Shown: one piece after another, positions 1 to 10,009 of the stretch
Position numbering within the stretch: position 1 is the stretch's first letter
Layout of the letters: every line of letters begins with the position of its first letter
Origin: Candidatus Campbellbacteria bacterium
GTDB taxonomy: Bacteria; Patescibacteriota; Minisyncoccia; Phycocordibacterales; UBA1006
DNA length: 64,000 bases
Direction: 5' to 3'
Assembly: GCA_002698305.1 (NCBI GenBank)
Contig: NZWR01000005.1
Span: forward strand, 66,047 to 130,046
Notes under the pieces: generated by a model
What the model saw: the letters and a program-made list of their open reading frames with translations, nothing else
Databases searched by the model: none
What the model was told of the DNA's origin: nothing
Translations under genes and position numbers: made by a program

Positions 1-303
1 GAGGTAGATGGGGTTCCTGTATATGAAACTGATGTTCGGATAGATACCAACGACAGCAGAATCAGAATCGGGATGAATGCAAAAGCAAAAATAGTTGCTG
101 AGGAAGTAACTGATGTTATTGCCATTCCAAAACACTATACACAAGAAAAATCTGATTCAGTTTTTGTATTAGTTGAAACACAAGAGCGACCTCAAAAATA
201 TGAACAAAGAATAATCACGACAGGGTTTACCGGAAATAATGGTTTGATTGAGGTTACGGAGGGCTTATCAGTTGGCGATGTTATTCTTTTAGAAAAAGAA
301 TAA
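1..303 (+). CDS. Efflux periplasmic adaptor (MacA/HlyD-like), 3' part; truncated at window edge
   Basis: Frame is open from base 1. The C-terminus (IRIGMNAKAKI...IEVTEGLSVGDVI) is typical of membrane-fusion proteins, and an ABC permease and ATPase follow. Confidence 0.75.
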   Translation, partial: EVDGVPVYETDVRIDTNDSRIRIGMNAKAKIVAEEVTDVIAIPKHYTQEKSDSVFVLVETQERPQKYEQRIITTGFTGNNGLIEVTEGLSVGDVILLEKE

Positions 304-307
304 GCGT

Positions 308-1630
308 ATGACTTTTTTTAAAAAAATTTCACGCTTTGCAAAAGTAGGTTCTTTTTTAGGAATACGACAGATTAAAAGAGGAAGTATTTGGATTAATCTG
401 TTAATTATTTCAATCATGACACTCACCTTTTTATCGCTGGTTGTTATTCCTGGAATACTTGTTGGATTGACAGAAGGAAGTTTTGAGCAGAATAGAGAGT
501 ATTTAACAGGAGATGTATATCTTACAACACTGCCAGATGAAGAAGCTATTGTTAACACTCAAGATATTATACGGGTGCTTGATACGCTTCCTGAGGTTCA
601 GGATTATAGTGTACGTTTTAAAATTGGCTCGACCGTAGAGTCAGGATATTTATACCGAGATGATTTTTCAGAAGAAGTAGAAAGTTTAAGTGTGAGTGCC
701 TTTGTTATTAATCCTGAACAGGAGGAGGCAACGACAGGACTTTCAAACTTTTTGGTAGAAGGAGAGATGCTTTCAAGTAATCGCTCTGGTGAAGTGCTAA
801 TCGGGTCTACGCTCCTGCAAAAATACTCTAATTTTTCTGACCTTTTTGAACCACTTTCTGATGTTGAAGTTGGACAAGCAGTAAAAATCACCCTACAAGG
901 AGAAGTGAAAGATGAGTTTCAGAGAGAACAGCAGTTACTAAACGGTAATGATGATTTTGGGCAAACAACTGAATTTATTGTTAAGGGAATTATTGACTCA
1001 AAGGTTGGTGAATTATCTTCATCTATCTTTATTACCGAGCAGGACTATCGAAGAATCGCAAAAAAAAGAAGCTTGCAGGCGCAAGAAATTGTTATTAAAC
1101 ATGACGGTTCATTAAATGATGAACAGTTTAAGGAGATTGCTTTGTCGTATGATTTTGGGCGCTATGCAAAGGTAAGAACAGCCACAGAAGCTATTCCTAA
1201 ATTTTTATCTGATGTGCAGCAAACGTTTGGTCTTTTGGGTAATATGATTGGATTTGTTGGTATTGTTGTTTCTTCAATTACTATCTTCATCGTTATATAC
1301 ATTAATGCCTTAACACGAAGAAAATTTATTGGGATTTTAAAAGGAATTGGAATATCAGAAGGGGCAATTGAATTTGCGTATATTATGCAATCACTTTTCT
1401 ATGCACTTTTTGGAATAGGTTTAGGACTCCTACTCTTGTATGGATTTATGGTTCCATTCTTTGTGCAGAACCCAATTGACTTTCCATTTAGTGATGGAAT
1501 TCTTGTTGCCGATTTGATCCCAACATTAACGCGAGCTGGAATTCTCATGGCGGTAACAATGATTGCTGGATTCCTGCCAGCACGGATTATTGTCAGACAA
1601 AACACTTTAGATTCAATTCTTCAACGATAA
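308..1630 (+). CDS. ABC transporter permease, FtsX/MacB/LolE family
   Basis: N-terminal TM, large periplasmic domain, C-terminal TMs with RRKFIGILKGIG and PARII motifs. Confidence 0.85.
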   Translation: MTFFKKISRFAKVGSFLGIRQIKRGSIWINLLIISIMTLTFLSLVVIPGILVGLTEGSFEQNREYLTGDVYLTTLPDEEAIVNTQDIIRVLDTLPEVQDYSVRFKIGSTVESGYLYRDDFSEEVESLSVSAFVINPEQEEATTGLSNFLVEGEMLSSNRSGEVLIGSTLLQKYSNFSDLFEPLSDVEVGQAVKITLQGEVKDEFQREQQLLNGNDDFGQTTEFIVKGIIDSKVGELSSSIFITEQDYRRIAKKRSLQAQEIVIKHDGSLNDEQFKEIALSYDFGRYAKVRTATEAIPKFLSDVQQTFGLLGNMIGFVGIVVSSITIFIVIYINALTRRKFIGILKGIGISEGAIEFAYIMQSLFYALFGIGLGLLLLYGFMVPFFVQNPIDFPFSDGILVADLIPTLTRAGILMAVTMIAGFLPARIIVRQNTLDSILQR

Positions 1631-1631
1631 T

Positions 1632-2312
1632 ATGATTACAGCAAAAAATCTAACAAAAACATACGTCAGTGGCGAAATTGTAACTCCCGTACTTAAAGGT
1701 ATAGATATGGATATAAAGAAAGGAGAGTTTGTTGCAATCATGGGAAAGTCCGGAGCTGGTAAATCAACGCTTTTATATCAGATTAGTTTATTAGATATCC
1801 CAACCGAAGGAAGGATTATCGTTGCTAATACAGATATATTAAACTTGTCGGAATCAGACCGGACGAAGTTTCGCCTTAAAAAGCTTGGATACATTTTCCA
1901 AGATTATGCTTTAGTACCCGAATTAACAGCTGAAGAAAATGTAGCAATACCGCTTCTGATGCAGGGGATTCCTCACAATGATGCAATACAGCAAGCTCGG
2001 AAAATTATTGATTCTATTGATATGGCTGGAAAATATACCAATCGACCTAACCAATTATCAGGGGGTCAGCAGCAACGTATTTCAATCGCTAGGGCTATTG
2101 TGCAATCACCTGAAATTTTATTTGCAGATGAACCTACGGCAAACCTTGACTCTGCATCATCAGAACAGGTTATTGAATTAATGCGTGACCTTCATGTGAA
2201 AGGTCAAACCATTGTTATGGTGACTCATGAGCCGGAATATACAAAATACTGCGATCGAATTATTTATTTAGATGACGGAAAAATAATAAGCCACGATTAT
2301 AAAATACAATAA
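1632..2312 (+). CDS. ABC transporter ATP-binding protein (LolD/MacB-like)
   Basis: Walker A GKSGAGKS, signature LSGGQQQR, Walker B ILFADEPT, H-loop VTHE. Confidence 0.95.
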   Translation: MITAKNLTKTYVSGEIVTPVLKGIDMDIKKGEFVAIMGKSGAGKSTLLYQISLLDIPTEGRIIVANTDILNLSESDRTKFRLKKLGYIFQDYALVPELTAEENVAIPLLMQGIPHNDAIQQARKIIDSIDMAGKYTNRPNQLSGGQQQRISIARAIVQSPEILFADEPTANLDSASSEQVIELMRDLHVKGQTIVMVTHEPEYTKYCDRIIYLDDGKIISHDYKIQ

Positions 2313-2368
2313 AGTTATTGTATTTTTTTATTTGTATGTCAAAATAAATATAAATAAAACTGTATACA

Positions 2369-2869
2369 ATGAGAATGATTATTAATGCTAAAAAACAGAA
2401 AGCTGGCTTTTTTCATCAAAATAAAAATCTTGCTGACTCTTACACCATAGAATCTTCGCTACTAAAGTTAAAGGAGTATGAAAATTTAATGCGGAAAGTT
2501 GATATTGAAAAAAATGTTATAAAAATATTCAAAACCCAAGTGCTACCTACTAGGTATAAGGGTGGATTGACAACATTACTTCTAGCAACTGAGCTATTTC
2601 CTGATATTGTTTCTTTTGTAAGAAACAAGGAGTTTGAAGAGTATCAGATAAGAATCTGCTCTTCATTTACTGAATTAGGAACAAAATGTTGGATAGAAAC
2701 ACTTTCTGTTGATGGAGAACATGAATGGCTACAGGCAAGCGAGGATTTTTATCATCAAATGACAATAAATGATTTTATTTCAAAACTTTATATTTATGAG
2801 ATGATTGACTTTAGTCTTTTCAAAAAAATGGTTCACAATGCAAGTCAATATGATCTAACTCCTTCATAA
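2369..2869 (+). CDS. Hypothetical protein
   Basis: 166-aa ORF filling an intergenic gap, followed by a hairpin near 2885-2908; no motif recognised. Confidence 0.6.
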   Translation: MRMIINAKKQKAGFFHQNKNLADSYTIESSLLKLKEYENLMRKVDIEKNVIKIFKTQVLPTRYKGGLTTLLLATELFPDIVSFVRNKEFEEYQIRICSSFTELGTKCWIETLSVDGEHEWLQASEDFYHQMTINDFISKLYIYEMIDFSLFKKMVHNASQYDLTPS

Positions 2870-2939
2870 AGTGAATACATACAGCCCGGATTTTAATAAT
2901 TCGGGTTTTAAATTTATTCGTTTAAATTAAGATGTAGTC

Positions 2940-3629
2940 ATGACACCTTACAAGAAAAAAAAGAGAAAAGAACGAATTCAAAAAATGCTTAAGGTTTTTA
3001 AAAAGATGTTTCCTGATCCAATTTCTGAACTTAATTATACGACTGACTTTGAATTTCTTGTTGCGGTTATTCTTTCAGCGCAATGTACTGATAAACGTGT
3101 AAACATTGTTACGGAAAAATTATTTAAAAAATATCCAAGGATTCAAGATTACGCACAAGCTGACATAAATGAATTTGAACAAGATATCTTCTCAACAGGA
3201 TTTTATCGCAACAAGGCAAAAAATGTTATTGCAGCAGCCAAAATGGTATTAGATGAATTTAACGGAGAATTACCTAAAAATTTAAAAGATCTAGAGCGCA
3301 TACCTGGAGCCGGACATAAAACTGCAAACGTTGTGCTTTCTAATTTATACGACATTCATGAAGGTATTGCCATTGATACCCATGCAATCCGTATTGCGAG
3401 AAAATTTGATCTTGTTGATCCACCTTATACACCAGTATCTATAGAGCGAGACCTTATGGAACTAGTACCTCAATCAGAATGGGGGAACATGAACCACTAC
3501 CTGGTACTATATGGTCGCTACCACGCACCAGCCCATGCGAAAGAAGTGCATGATGAACTTACCAAGATTTATCCTAAAGCAGCATATAAGGTTGATCCGC
3601 TTCCTAAAAAAATATCTGATAGAATATAG
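2940..3629 (+). CDS. nth: Endonuclease III (HhH-GPD DNA glycosylase), lacking the C-terminal Fe-S cysteines
   Basis: VILSAQCTDKRVN, GFYRNKAKN, HhH PGAGHKTANV, catalytic IAIDTH. Confidence 0.92.
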   Translation: MTPYKKKKRKERIQKMLKVFKKMFPDPISELNYTTDFEFLVAVILSAQCTDKRVNIVTEKLFKKYPRIQDYAQADINEFEQDIFSTGFYRNKAKNVIAAAKMVLDEFNGELPKNLKDLERIPGAGHKTANVVLSNLYDIHEGIAIDTHAIRIARKFDLVDPPYTPVSIERDLMELVPQSEWGNMNHYLVLYGRYHAPAHAKEVHDELTKIYPKAAYKVDPLPKKISDRI

Positions 3630-3631
3630 GT

Positions 3632-5002
3632 ATGTTAATTACATCTATATCAGGTATACGGGGAACCATTGGCGGAACTCCGCATGAAAATCTAACGCCA
3701 GTTGATATTGTAGGGTTTATTTCTGCATACGGGACCTGGCTGCAATCCCGATATTCTTCTCCGCGCGTGGTAATAGGGCGTGATGGGCGAGCTTCTGGGA
3801 ATATGATTCTTGGTATCGCTGTACAAACACTGATAAGTCTAGGGATAGATGTTGTTAATCTTGATTATGCTACTACACCAACGGTTGAGATGGAGGTCAT
3901 TCGAAGAGAGGCAAGCGGCGGTCTTATCATTACAGCCAGTCACAATCCAAAACCATACAATGGAATTAAGATGCTTAACGATAAAGGGGAGTTTCTTTCA
4001 TTAAAAGACGGGGAGTTAATTTTAAATATAAAAAATAAAGGAGACTATAGCTTTGCTGATGTTGATAGTTTAGGTAAAGAAAGTAAATCCTATAATCATA
4101 CAAAAGATCATATAGACGATATTCTGAATCTTGATTTAGTTGACGCTGAACTTGTTCGTTCAAAAAATTATACGGTGTGTGTAGACGCTATTAATTCAGT
4201 AGGAGGTCTTGCGGTTCCGATGTTGCTTAAAAAAATGGGGGTAGAGGTTGTTGGCCTTTATTGTGAGGTCAATGGTGATTTTCAACATGAACCCGAACCT
4301 CTTGAAAAAAATCTCGGAGAACTTATGAGTCTTGTTACTAAAACACATGCTGACCTAGGAATAGCGGTAGACCCAGATGTTGATAGGCTTGTATTAGTGG
4401 ATGAGAAGGGTCAAATAATTAATGAAGAATACGGCATTGTATTAGCTGCTGATTATGTGCTATCACAGACTGCTGGACCAACGGTTTCTAATCTCTCATC
4501 ATCACAGGCATTGGAAGATTTAACTACGCAGTATGGTAAAGAGTACAGCGCATCAGCTGTTGGAGAAAAAAATGTCGTCGAAAAAATGAAGGAAATAAAT
4601 GCTGTTATCGGAGGAGAGGGGAGCGGAGGTATTATTTACCCGGAACTTCATTATGGGCGAGACGCGTTAGTTGGTATTGCATTGATACTGAGTTTTATGG
4701 CAAAAGAAGATACTACTATTTCAACTTTACGTGATAGATACCAAGATTATTTTATGGTGAAAGATAAGCTTGAACTAGAGGATAGAGATAGTATCCCTGG
4801 TTTACTTGATGATTTAGCAGAAAATACTGATGGGCTAGTGTCACGGGTTGATGGCCTAAAAATCTCATTTGAAAATTCATGGGTACATATTCGTCCATCA
4901 AATACAGAACCAATATTAAGAATTATTTCCGAGGCACGAACCGAGACTGAAACTCTTTCTTTGGTTGATAAATATAAAGACCGAATTCTTTCTCTGATGT
5001 AA
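3632..5002 (+). CDS. glmM: Phosphoglucosamine mutase / phosphohexomutase
   Basis: TASHNP phosphoserine loop, DPDVDR metal loop, GEGSGG, RPSNTEP. Confidence 0.85.
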   Translation: MLITSISGIRGTIGGTPHENLTPVDIVGFISAYGTWLQSRYSSPRVVIGRDGRASGNMILGIAVQTLISLGIDVVNLDYATTPTVEMEVIRREASGGLIITASHNPKPYNGIKMLNDKGEFLSLKDGELILNIKNKGDYSFADVDSLGKESKSYNHTKDHIDDILNLDLVDAELVRSKNYTVCVDAINSVGGLAVPMLLKKMGVEVVGLYCEVNGDFQHEPEPLEKNLGELMSLVTKTHADLGIAVDPDVDRLVLVDEKGQIINEEYGIVLAADYVLSQTAGPTVSNLSSSQALEDLTTQYGKEYSASAVGEKNVVEKMKEINAVIGGEGSGGIIYPELHYGRDALVGIALILSFMAKEDTTISTLRDRYQDYFMVKDKLELEDRDSIPGLLDDLAENTDGLVSRVDGLKISFENSWVHIRPSNTEPILRIISEARTETETLSLVDKYKDRILSLM

Positions 5003-5021
5003 TTATGTATAATGGTTTTAT

Positions 5022-5462
5022 ATGAATAAAAATATTCAAAAAGCACGGAAAAACAAAAATGTACGTCTTATTGTCCTTTTGGTTATTATCGCTATTGCTG
5101 CAGGTATGTGGTGGTGGGGTGATAAAACTGACAATAATGTATTAAAAACAGGAGCAATCGTTGCTGGTGGAGCTGCTGGTATTGGAGCTGGACTTGAAGT
5201 AGCAGACAAAGATTTCGACTTGCAAAGATTATGGGAAACAGGGTCACTCAAAAAGTCACTATTGGAACGTGATGCAGAAGGTAACCTTATTAATCTTGAG
5301 CAAATTTGTGATGCACAAGATCAAGGATTCTATGACTATAATTGTGATGATTTTACTTCACAAGAAGAAGCACAGCGCGTATATGAAAAATGTGACACAG
5401 ATGTAAATCGCCTTGATGGTGACAATGATGGAATGGTGTGTGAACATTTACCTCAAAAATAA
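5022..5462 (+). CDS. Membrane-anchored Excalibur calcium-binding domain protein
   Basis: N-terminal TM; C-terminal YNCDDF..QEEAQ...[12 protein letters not shown] motif. Confidence 0.8.
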   Translation: MNKNIQKARKNKNVRLIVLLVIIAIAAGMWWWGDKTDNNVLKTGAIVAGGAAGIGAGLEVADKDFDLQRLWETGSLKKSLLERDAEGNLINLEQICDAQDQGFYDYNCDDFTSQEEAQRVYEKCDTDVNRLDGDNDGMVCEHLPQK

Positions 5463-5467
5463 GAATA

Positions 5468-5499
5468 AAAAAGAGCAGAAGACTGACTTCTGCTCTTTT
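5468..5499. terminator. Bidirectional intrinsic terminator
   Basis: AAAAGAGCAGAAG-actga-CTTCTGCTCTTTT between the convergent Excalibur gene and tRNA-Leu. Confidence 0.8.
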
Positions 5500-5506
5500 C
5501 TCTGTG

Positions 5507-5588
5507 TGCCCAGGGCGGGGCTCGAACCCGCATGCCTTAGAGGCCACGGCCCTCAACCGTGTGTGTATACCAATTCCACCACCTGGGC
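5507..5588 (-). tRNA. tRNA-Leu(GAG)
   Basis: Reverse complement GCCCAGG...CCTGGGCA; anticodon arm CACGG-TTGAGGG-CCGTG; long variable arm; GGTTCGAG T-loop; CCA not encoded. Confidence 0.95.
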
Positions 5589-5660
5589 ATCCGGTCGTGT
5601 TATCATCTCATGAAATAATAACACAGCAAAAATAAATATAAAATTTGCTATACTTAAGCT

Positions 5661-6038
5661 ATGTTAAAACTTATTCACTATTTTTTTAGAGCTAAGGGTA
5701 TTAAAGAATCATTTGATCATCCTGATGAATTTATAAAAAATACCTCATTAGGATTTATTGAGGGGTATTTTGTAACAGCTGGGATTGTTCTGTCACTGCT
5801 TACAATAGCCTCTCTCTCTATTGGGTATTATTTTTCACTATCATTTTTCGTTGTGGTTGGTTATATTTTTCTTGTTATTGCTGTAATCACTGCTGTACTC
5901 TACCTTAGAATACGCAAACTTATTACGCGATTATCACAAAGGGCAGGGGAGAGAGCAAGGAAGACCATGACACGTGCAAAAAATACTATCAATGTGGAAT
6001 CGCGAGTTGTAGTTGAATCAAAGAAATATGAAGAATAG
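5661..6038 (+). CDS. Hypothetical membrane protein (2 TM)
   Basis: Two hydrophobic segments; TGCTATACT lies 6 nt before the ATG. Confidence 0.7.
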   Translation: MLKLIHYFFRAKGIKESFDHPDEFIKNTSLGFIEGYFVTAGIVLSLLTIASLSIGYYFSLSFFVVVGYIFLVIAVITAVLYLRIRKLITRLSQRAGERARKTMTRAKNTINVESRVVVESKKYEE

Positions 6039-6714
6039 TGAATTTTATGTTGTAGCAACGCCTATTGGTAATCTTGGAGATATAACGTATAGGGCAGTAG
6101 AGATTCTTAAAGAGGTTGATATTATTCTTTCAGAAGACACGCGGGTTACTAAGCATTTACTTAATACTTACGGAATAATAACACAGCTTAAAAGCTATCA
6201 TGCTAATTCATCAGAACATAAAGAGAATGAGATAATTAACTTGCTAAACGAAGGAAAAAAGATTGCGCTTGTTTCTGATGCAGGAACACCAACAATATCT
6301 GATCCAGGAGTTAAACTTATCAGCCGAATACGAAGTGAGTCACCTGAAACATTAATACGTTCACTTCCTGGTCCGGCAGCACTTATAGCAGGACTATCGA
6401 TTACAGGATTCACCGGAAACCAGTTTACTTTTTATGGTTTTTTGCCTCATAAAAAAGGAAGAAATAGTTTGTTTCAAGAAATGAAAGATTCATCTCGAAT
6501 TAGCGTCTTCTATGAATCACCTCATCGATTAGTTAAAACCCTTCAGGCATTAAATCAGGTAATGGGGTCAAGTAGAAAAATGTGCGTTGCGAGAGAACTG
6601 ACCAAAATATATGAAGAACACCCAGTAATGACCGTAGAAGAGATGGTGTCTTACTATGAAATGCACCCTCAAAAAGTGAAAGGCGAATGCGTAATTATAA
6701 TAGATTCACTTTAA
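6028..6714 (+). CDS. rsmI: 16S rRNA C1402 2'-O-methyltransferase
   Basis: VVATPIGNLGDITYRA, SEDTR, VSDAGTPTISDPG, YESPHR, RELTK; start placed at ATG 6028. Confidence 0.95.
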   Translation: MKNSEFYVVATPIGNLGDITYRAVEILKEVDIILSEDTRVTKHLLNTYGIITQLKSYHANSSEHKENEIINLLNEGKKIALVSDAGTPTISDPGVKLISRIRSESPETLIRSLPGPAALIAGLSITGFTGNQFTFYGFLPHKKGRNSLFQEMKDSSRISVFYESPHRLVKTLQALNQVMGSSRKMCVARELTKIYEEHPVMTVEEMVSYYEMHPQKVKGECVIIIDSL

Positions 6715-6772
6715 AGAATAGGCTTAGGATAATAAATAATGCAGGGGCCTTTTATTTTGGTATACTTTCACT

Positions 6773-7078
6773 ATGAAAAATAAAGTTAACACTATTGTTA
6801 TTTTAAGCGGTCTGCTTTTGTTATTTCCATTTCTTGGTTTACCAGAACTATATGAACATTTTTATGTAATACTCATAGCTTTTATTATTGGGTATTCAGC
6901 GCTACGTATTAAACATATTCACAGAAATGAATACGAAATTAATGATGATGATAGTTCTCTTGAGAAATATGCGGAAGAACTGCAAGAACGTTTTAAGAAG
7001 CATGTAGAGGGGACACCAAAAAATACTGATGATGATCAGTTCCTAGAAACCAACGAAATAAAGGAAGGCAATGACTAA
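6773..7078 (+). CDS. Hypothetical membrane protein
   Basis: Two TMs then an acidic tail; overlaps the next start codon. Confidence 0.7.
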   Translation: MKNKVNTIVILSGLLLLFPFLGLPELYEHFYVILIAFIIGYSALRIKHIHRNEYEINDDDSSLEKYAEELQERFKKHVEGTPKNTDDDQFLETNEIKEGND

Positions 7079-8264
7079 ACGATCGTATTACACGACACCT
7101 GGATTGGTTGTCGTTTGTTTAACTACCCTTTTTTTATTAGTAGTAACATACAACTCACGTTCATACATACAAAGGACACACTCAAATGCAGCCTTAGAGT
7201 CTATAAGGTATTCTAATCATACCTTAGTAGAATTATATAATCTTGATCTGGTACGCAGCTCTCATATAGAAACACCAGAAAGTGTCCGTGCGATATATAT
7301 ATCAAGCTGGGTTTTTGGAACACCTTCATTGAGAAATAGACTTATAAATTTTGTTGAAGCTTCTGATATTAATGCTGTAGTTATTGATATCAAGGATTCT
7401 ACAGGTGTTATATCTTATAATATTGATCATCCTGTTGTTGATACTATAGGTGCAGATTCCACGCGTGTTGTAGGTATGCGGGAGCTTATTCAAAACCTCC
7501 ACGATAAAAATATTTATGTGATAGGTAGGCTTACAACATTTCAGGATCCTATAGCTGCCATAAAAAAGGATTGGACCTTTAAAAGGGTTGATAATGGAAC
7601 TCCCTGGAAAGATAGAAAAGGACTTTCCTTTATTGACCCTAGTAATCAAGATGCTTGGGATTACATTGCTGATATTGCTGAAATAGCCTATCGGGATGGA
7701 TTTGATGAGATTAATTTTGACTATATTCGTTTTCCATCAGATGGGGATATATCAAATATTGCTTATAATCTTCCTAAGGAAGACACGAAAGTTTCTGTTA
7801 TGAAGGATTTTTATGAGTATATTGGTCAGCGACTCAGGTCCCAAGGCATTCCAATCTCGGCTGATATTTTTGGCTTAGTAACAACGCAAACCGAGGATAT
7901 TGGTATTGGACAGGACTTGGAAGATGTACTTGTTCATTTTGATGCTGTGGCACCTATGGTCTACCCTTCACATTATCGTTCTGGTTTCTTTGGTTTGAGT
8001 AATCCAAATGCTGATCCGTACACTGTTATTCAACAATCCATGCAATCAGCAATTGATCGATCTGAGATGCTTAGATTAGAAAACCCTGATATCACTATAG
8101 CTGAGCTACGTCCATGGATTCAAGATTTTAGTTTAGGCACTCCGTCGTATGGACATACAGAAGTTCGCGCACAATTAGAAGCTACACGAGATATAGGGCT
8201 TGATTCGTATATGGTCTGGGATCCCAAAAATAGGTATACTCAATCTGCATATACTCCATTATGA
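7071..8264 (+). CDS. Putative glycoside hydrolase (DUF4015-like TIM barrel)
   Basis: NAVVIDIKD, FQDP, GFDEINFDYIRFP, PMVYPSHY, RPWIQDF motifs; N-terminal TM. Confidence 0.8.
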   Translation: MTKRSYYTTPGLVVVCLTTLFLLVVTYNSRSYIQRTHSNAALESIRYSNHTLVELYNLDLVRSSHIETPESVRAIYISSWVFGTPSLRNRLINFVEASDINAVVIDIKDSTGVISYNIDHPVVDTIGADSTRVVGMRELIQNLHDKNIYVIGRLTTFQDPIAAIKKDWTFKRVDNGTPWKDRKGLSFIDPSNQDAWDYIADIAEIAYRDGFDEINFDYIRFPSDGDISNIAYNLPKEDTKVSVMKDFYEYIGQRLRSQGIPISADIFGLVTTQTEDIGIGQDLEDVLVHFDAVAPMVYPSHYRSGFFGLSNPNADPYTVIQQSMQSAIDRSEMLRLENPDITIAELRPWIQDFSLGTPSYGHTEVRAQLEATRDIGLDSYMVWDPKNRYTQSAYTPL

Positions 8265-9436
8265 AATTAGCAAAAAAACAAAAAATTTCATGGCATAATA
8301 TAATTTTAGCTGTCACTTTTTTTGTGATAGGTTTTTGGCTTTTCCCTCAGTTTATACATACAGTAAATAACCAAGCGCAAGAAGGGGTGGTCAATGAAGA
8401 TTATTTTAACTCGGTAGCACAACTTGTAGAAGAAAAGTATCCATTTGAAGAGCCGTCAGATCAAGAGAAAACCTATGGAGCCATACAAGGACTTGTGCTC
8501 TCTTATAATGATCCATATTCTACGTTTTTACCCCCTGAAAACAGCTCTGTATACAATGAGACCATATACGGTGAATTTGGTGGTATAGGTGCTGAATTAG
8601 CCTTATACAGAGGTTTTGTAACCGTTATAAGCCCATTAAAAGGTTCTCCAAGTGAAAAAGCTGGACTGAAAGCTCGTGATATTATTACTCATGTTAATAA
8701 TGAGGAAATACTAGGTAAATCATTCAACGCAGTAATTAACGAGATACGCGGTGAAGAGGGGAGTGAGGTTAGCTTAACTGTCATTAGAGAAGGATATGAC
8801 GAGCCTTTAGTTATTAGGATTACTCGTGCGCAAATAGAGGTTCCTGTTATTGAGACCTTTATCAAAAATGATGTCTTTGTTATTCAACTTTTCAATTTTA
8901 ACGAAAAATCAAGTAATAGATTTGAAGAAGCAATACATGAATTCAAAGAAAGTGGAAGTCAAAAACTGCTAATTGATGTACGTAATAATCCCGGGGGGTA
9001 CCTTGATGCAGCTGTTGATATGGCAAGTTATTTCTTACCACAAGGAGATGTTGTTCTTCGAGAAGAGATTGATGATGATGGAACCGAAAAACTGTATCGA
9101 AGTAAGGGTTATAAGCTTTTAGATGGGGCAGAGTTTGACCTCGCAGTGCTTCTTAACGGAGGATCAGCATCAGCATCAGAAATTTTAGCTGGTGCACTTC
9201 GTGATGGACTAGACGCGCGATTACTCGGAGAAAAATCATATGGGAAAGGGTCAGTTCAAGAATTAATAAGCCTTCCTGAAAATGCATCCCTAAAAATTAC
9301 AATAGCCAGGTGGCTTACACCTAACAAAACTATTATTGAGGGAGTAGGGCTAGAGCCAGATATTATTATTAAGCCTTTAGAGAATGAATCTCTAGAGGAG
9401 GATTCTCAGCTCGAAGAAGCAATTAATCTACTATAG
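8261..9436 (+). CDS. ctpA: S41 C-terminal processing peptidase with PDZ domain
   Basis: DPYS, FGGIG, DVRNNPGG, SASASEI, YGKGSVQ. Confidence 0.92.
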   Translation: MKLAKKQKISWHNIILAVTFFVIGFWLFPQFIHTVNNQAQEGVVNEDYFNSVAQLVEEKYPFEEPSDQEKTYGAIQGLVLSYNDPYSTFLPPENSSVYNETIYGEFGGIGAELALYRGFVTVISPLKGSPSEKAGLKARDIITHVNNEEILGKSFNAVINEIRGEEGSEVSLTVIREGYDEPLVIRITRAQIEVPVIETFIKNDVFVIQLFNFNEKSSNRFEEAIHEFKESGSQKLLIDVRNNPGGYLDAAVDMASYFLPQGDVVLREEIDDDGTEKLYRSKGYKLLDGAEFDLAVLLNGGSASASEILAGALRDGLDARLLGEKSYGKGSVQELISLPENASLKITIARWLTPNKTIIEGVGLEPDIIIKPLENESLEEDSQLEEAINLL

Positions 9437-9442
9437 AAATAT

Positions 9443-9892
9443 ATGAAAGTTTTATTACAACAACATGTTAAAAATCTGGGTACCAAAGGTGATATTGTTG
9501 AAGTTCCTGATGGTTATGCTCAAAATTCATTAATTCCACAGAAAAAGGCTATTGCTGCTACTAAGAAAGTATTAAACGCAATTGAGCAAGAAAAACGCAG
9601 TAAAAAACTCCAAGCGGCTAAGCAAAGAGAAAATAATAACGCTCTGCTTGCTTTGATTGAGGGGAAAGGGGTGAGTTTTAAAGTGAAGTTGAATGAAAAA
9701 GATCAACTGTATCATGCCATCTCAAAGAAAGAGATTATAAAGGAATTTAAAGCTACACATGGAATTACACTTCCTAAAAACTTTTTTAGAGAAGATATAG
9801 CTTTAAAGGATACAGGAACATTTCCGATAGAACTTGCTCCACCTTCAAACAAAGGAAAGGCCAAGATATATATTCAGATAGAAGGTAAATAA
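9443..9892 (+). CDS. rplI: 50S ribosomal protein bL9
   Basis: MKVLL..VKNLG..GDIVEVPDGYAQN.LIP. Confidence 0.95.
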   Translation: MKVLLQQHVKNLGTKGDIVEVPDGYAQNSLIPQKKAIAATKKVLNAIEQEKRSKKLQAAKQRENNNALLALIEGKGVSFKVKLNEKDQLYHAISKKEIIKEFKATHGITLPKNFFREDIALKDTGTFPIELAPPSNKGKAKIYIQIEGK

Positions 9893-9920
9893 AACCCAGT
9901 CTCTAAATACTGGGTTTTTT
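9891..9920 (+). terminator. Intrinsic terminator after rplI
   Basis: AAAACCCAGT...ACTGGGTTTTTT hairpin with U-tail. Confidence 0.75.
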
Positions 9921-9953
9921 AGTTGAGGGAAGATATTAGGTAGAATTAGTATA

Positions 9954-9981
9954 ACGTCGCACAACATATATTTTACGACAT
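9954..9981. other. Candidate dif-like Xer recombination site
   Basis: 11-6-11 imperfect inverted arms ACGTCGCACAA-CATATA-TTTTACGACAT, located where gene orientation switches from + to -. Confidence 0.5.
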
Positions 9982-10009
9982 TGTATATAAAGAAATAGGA
10001 TTTAAAACC

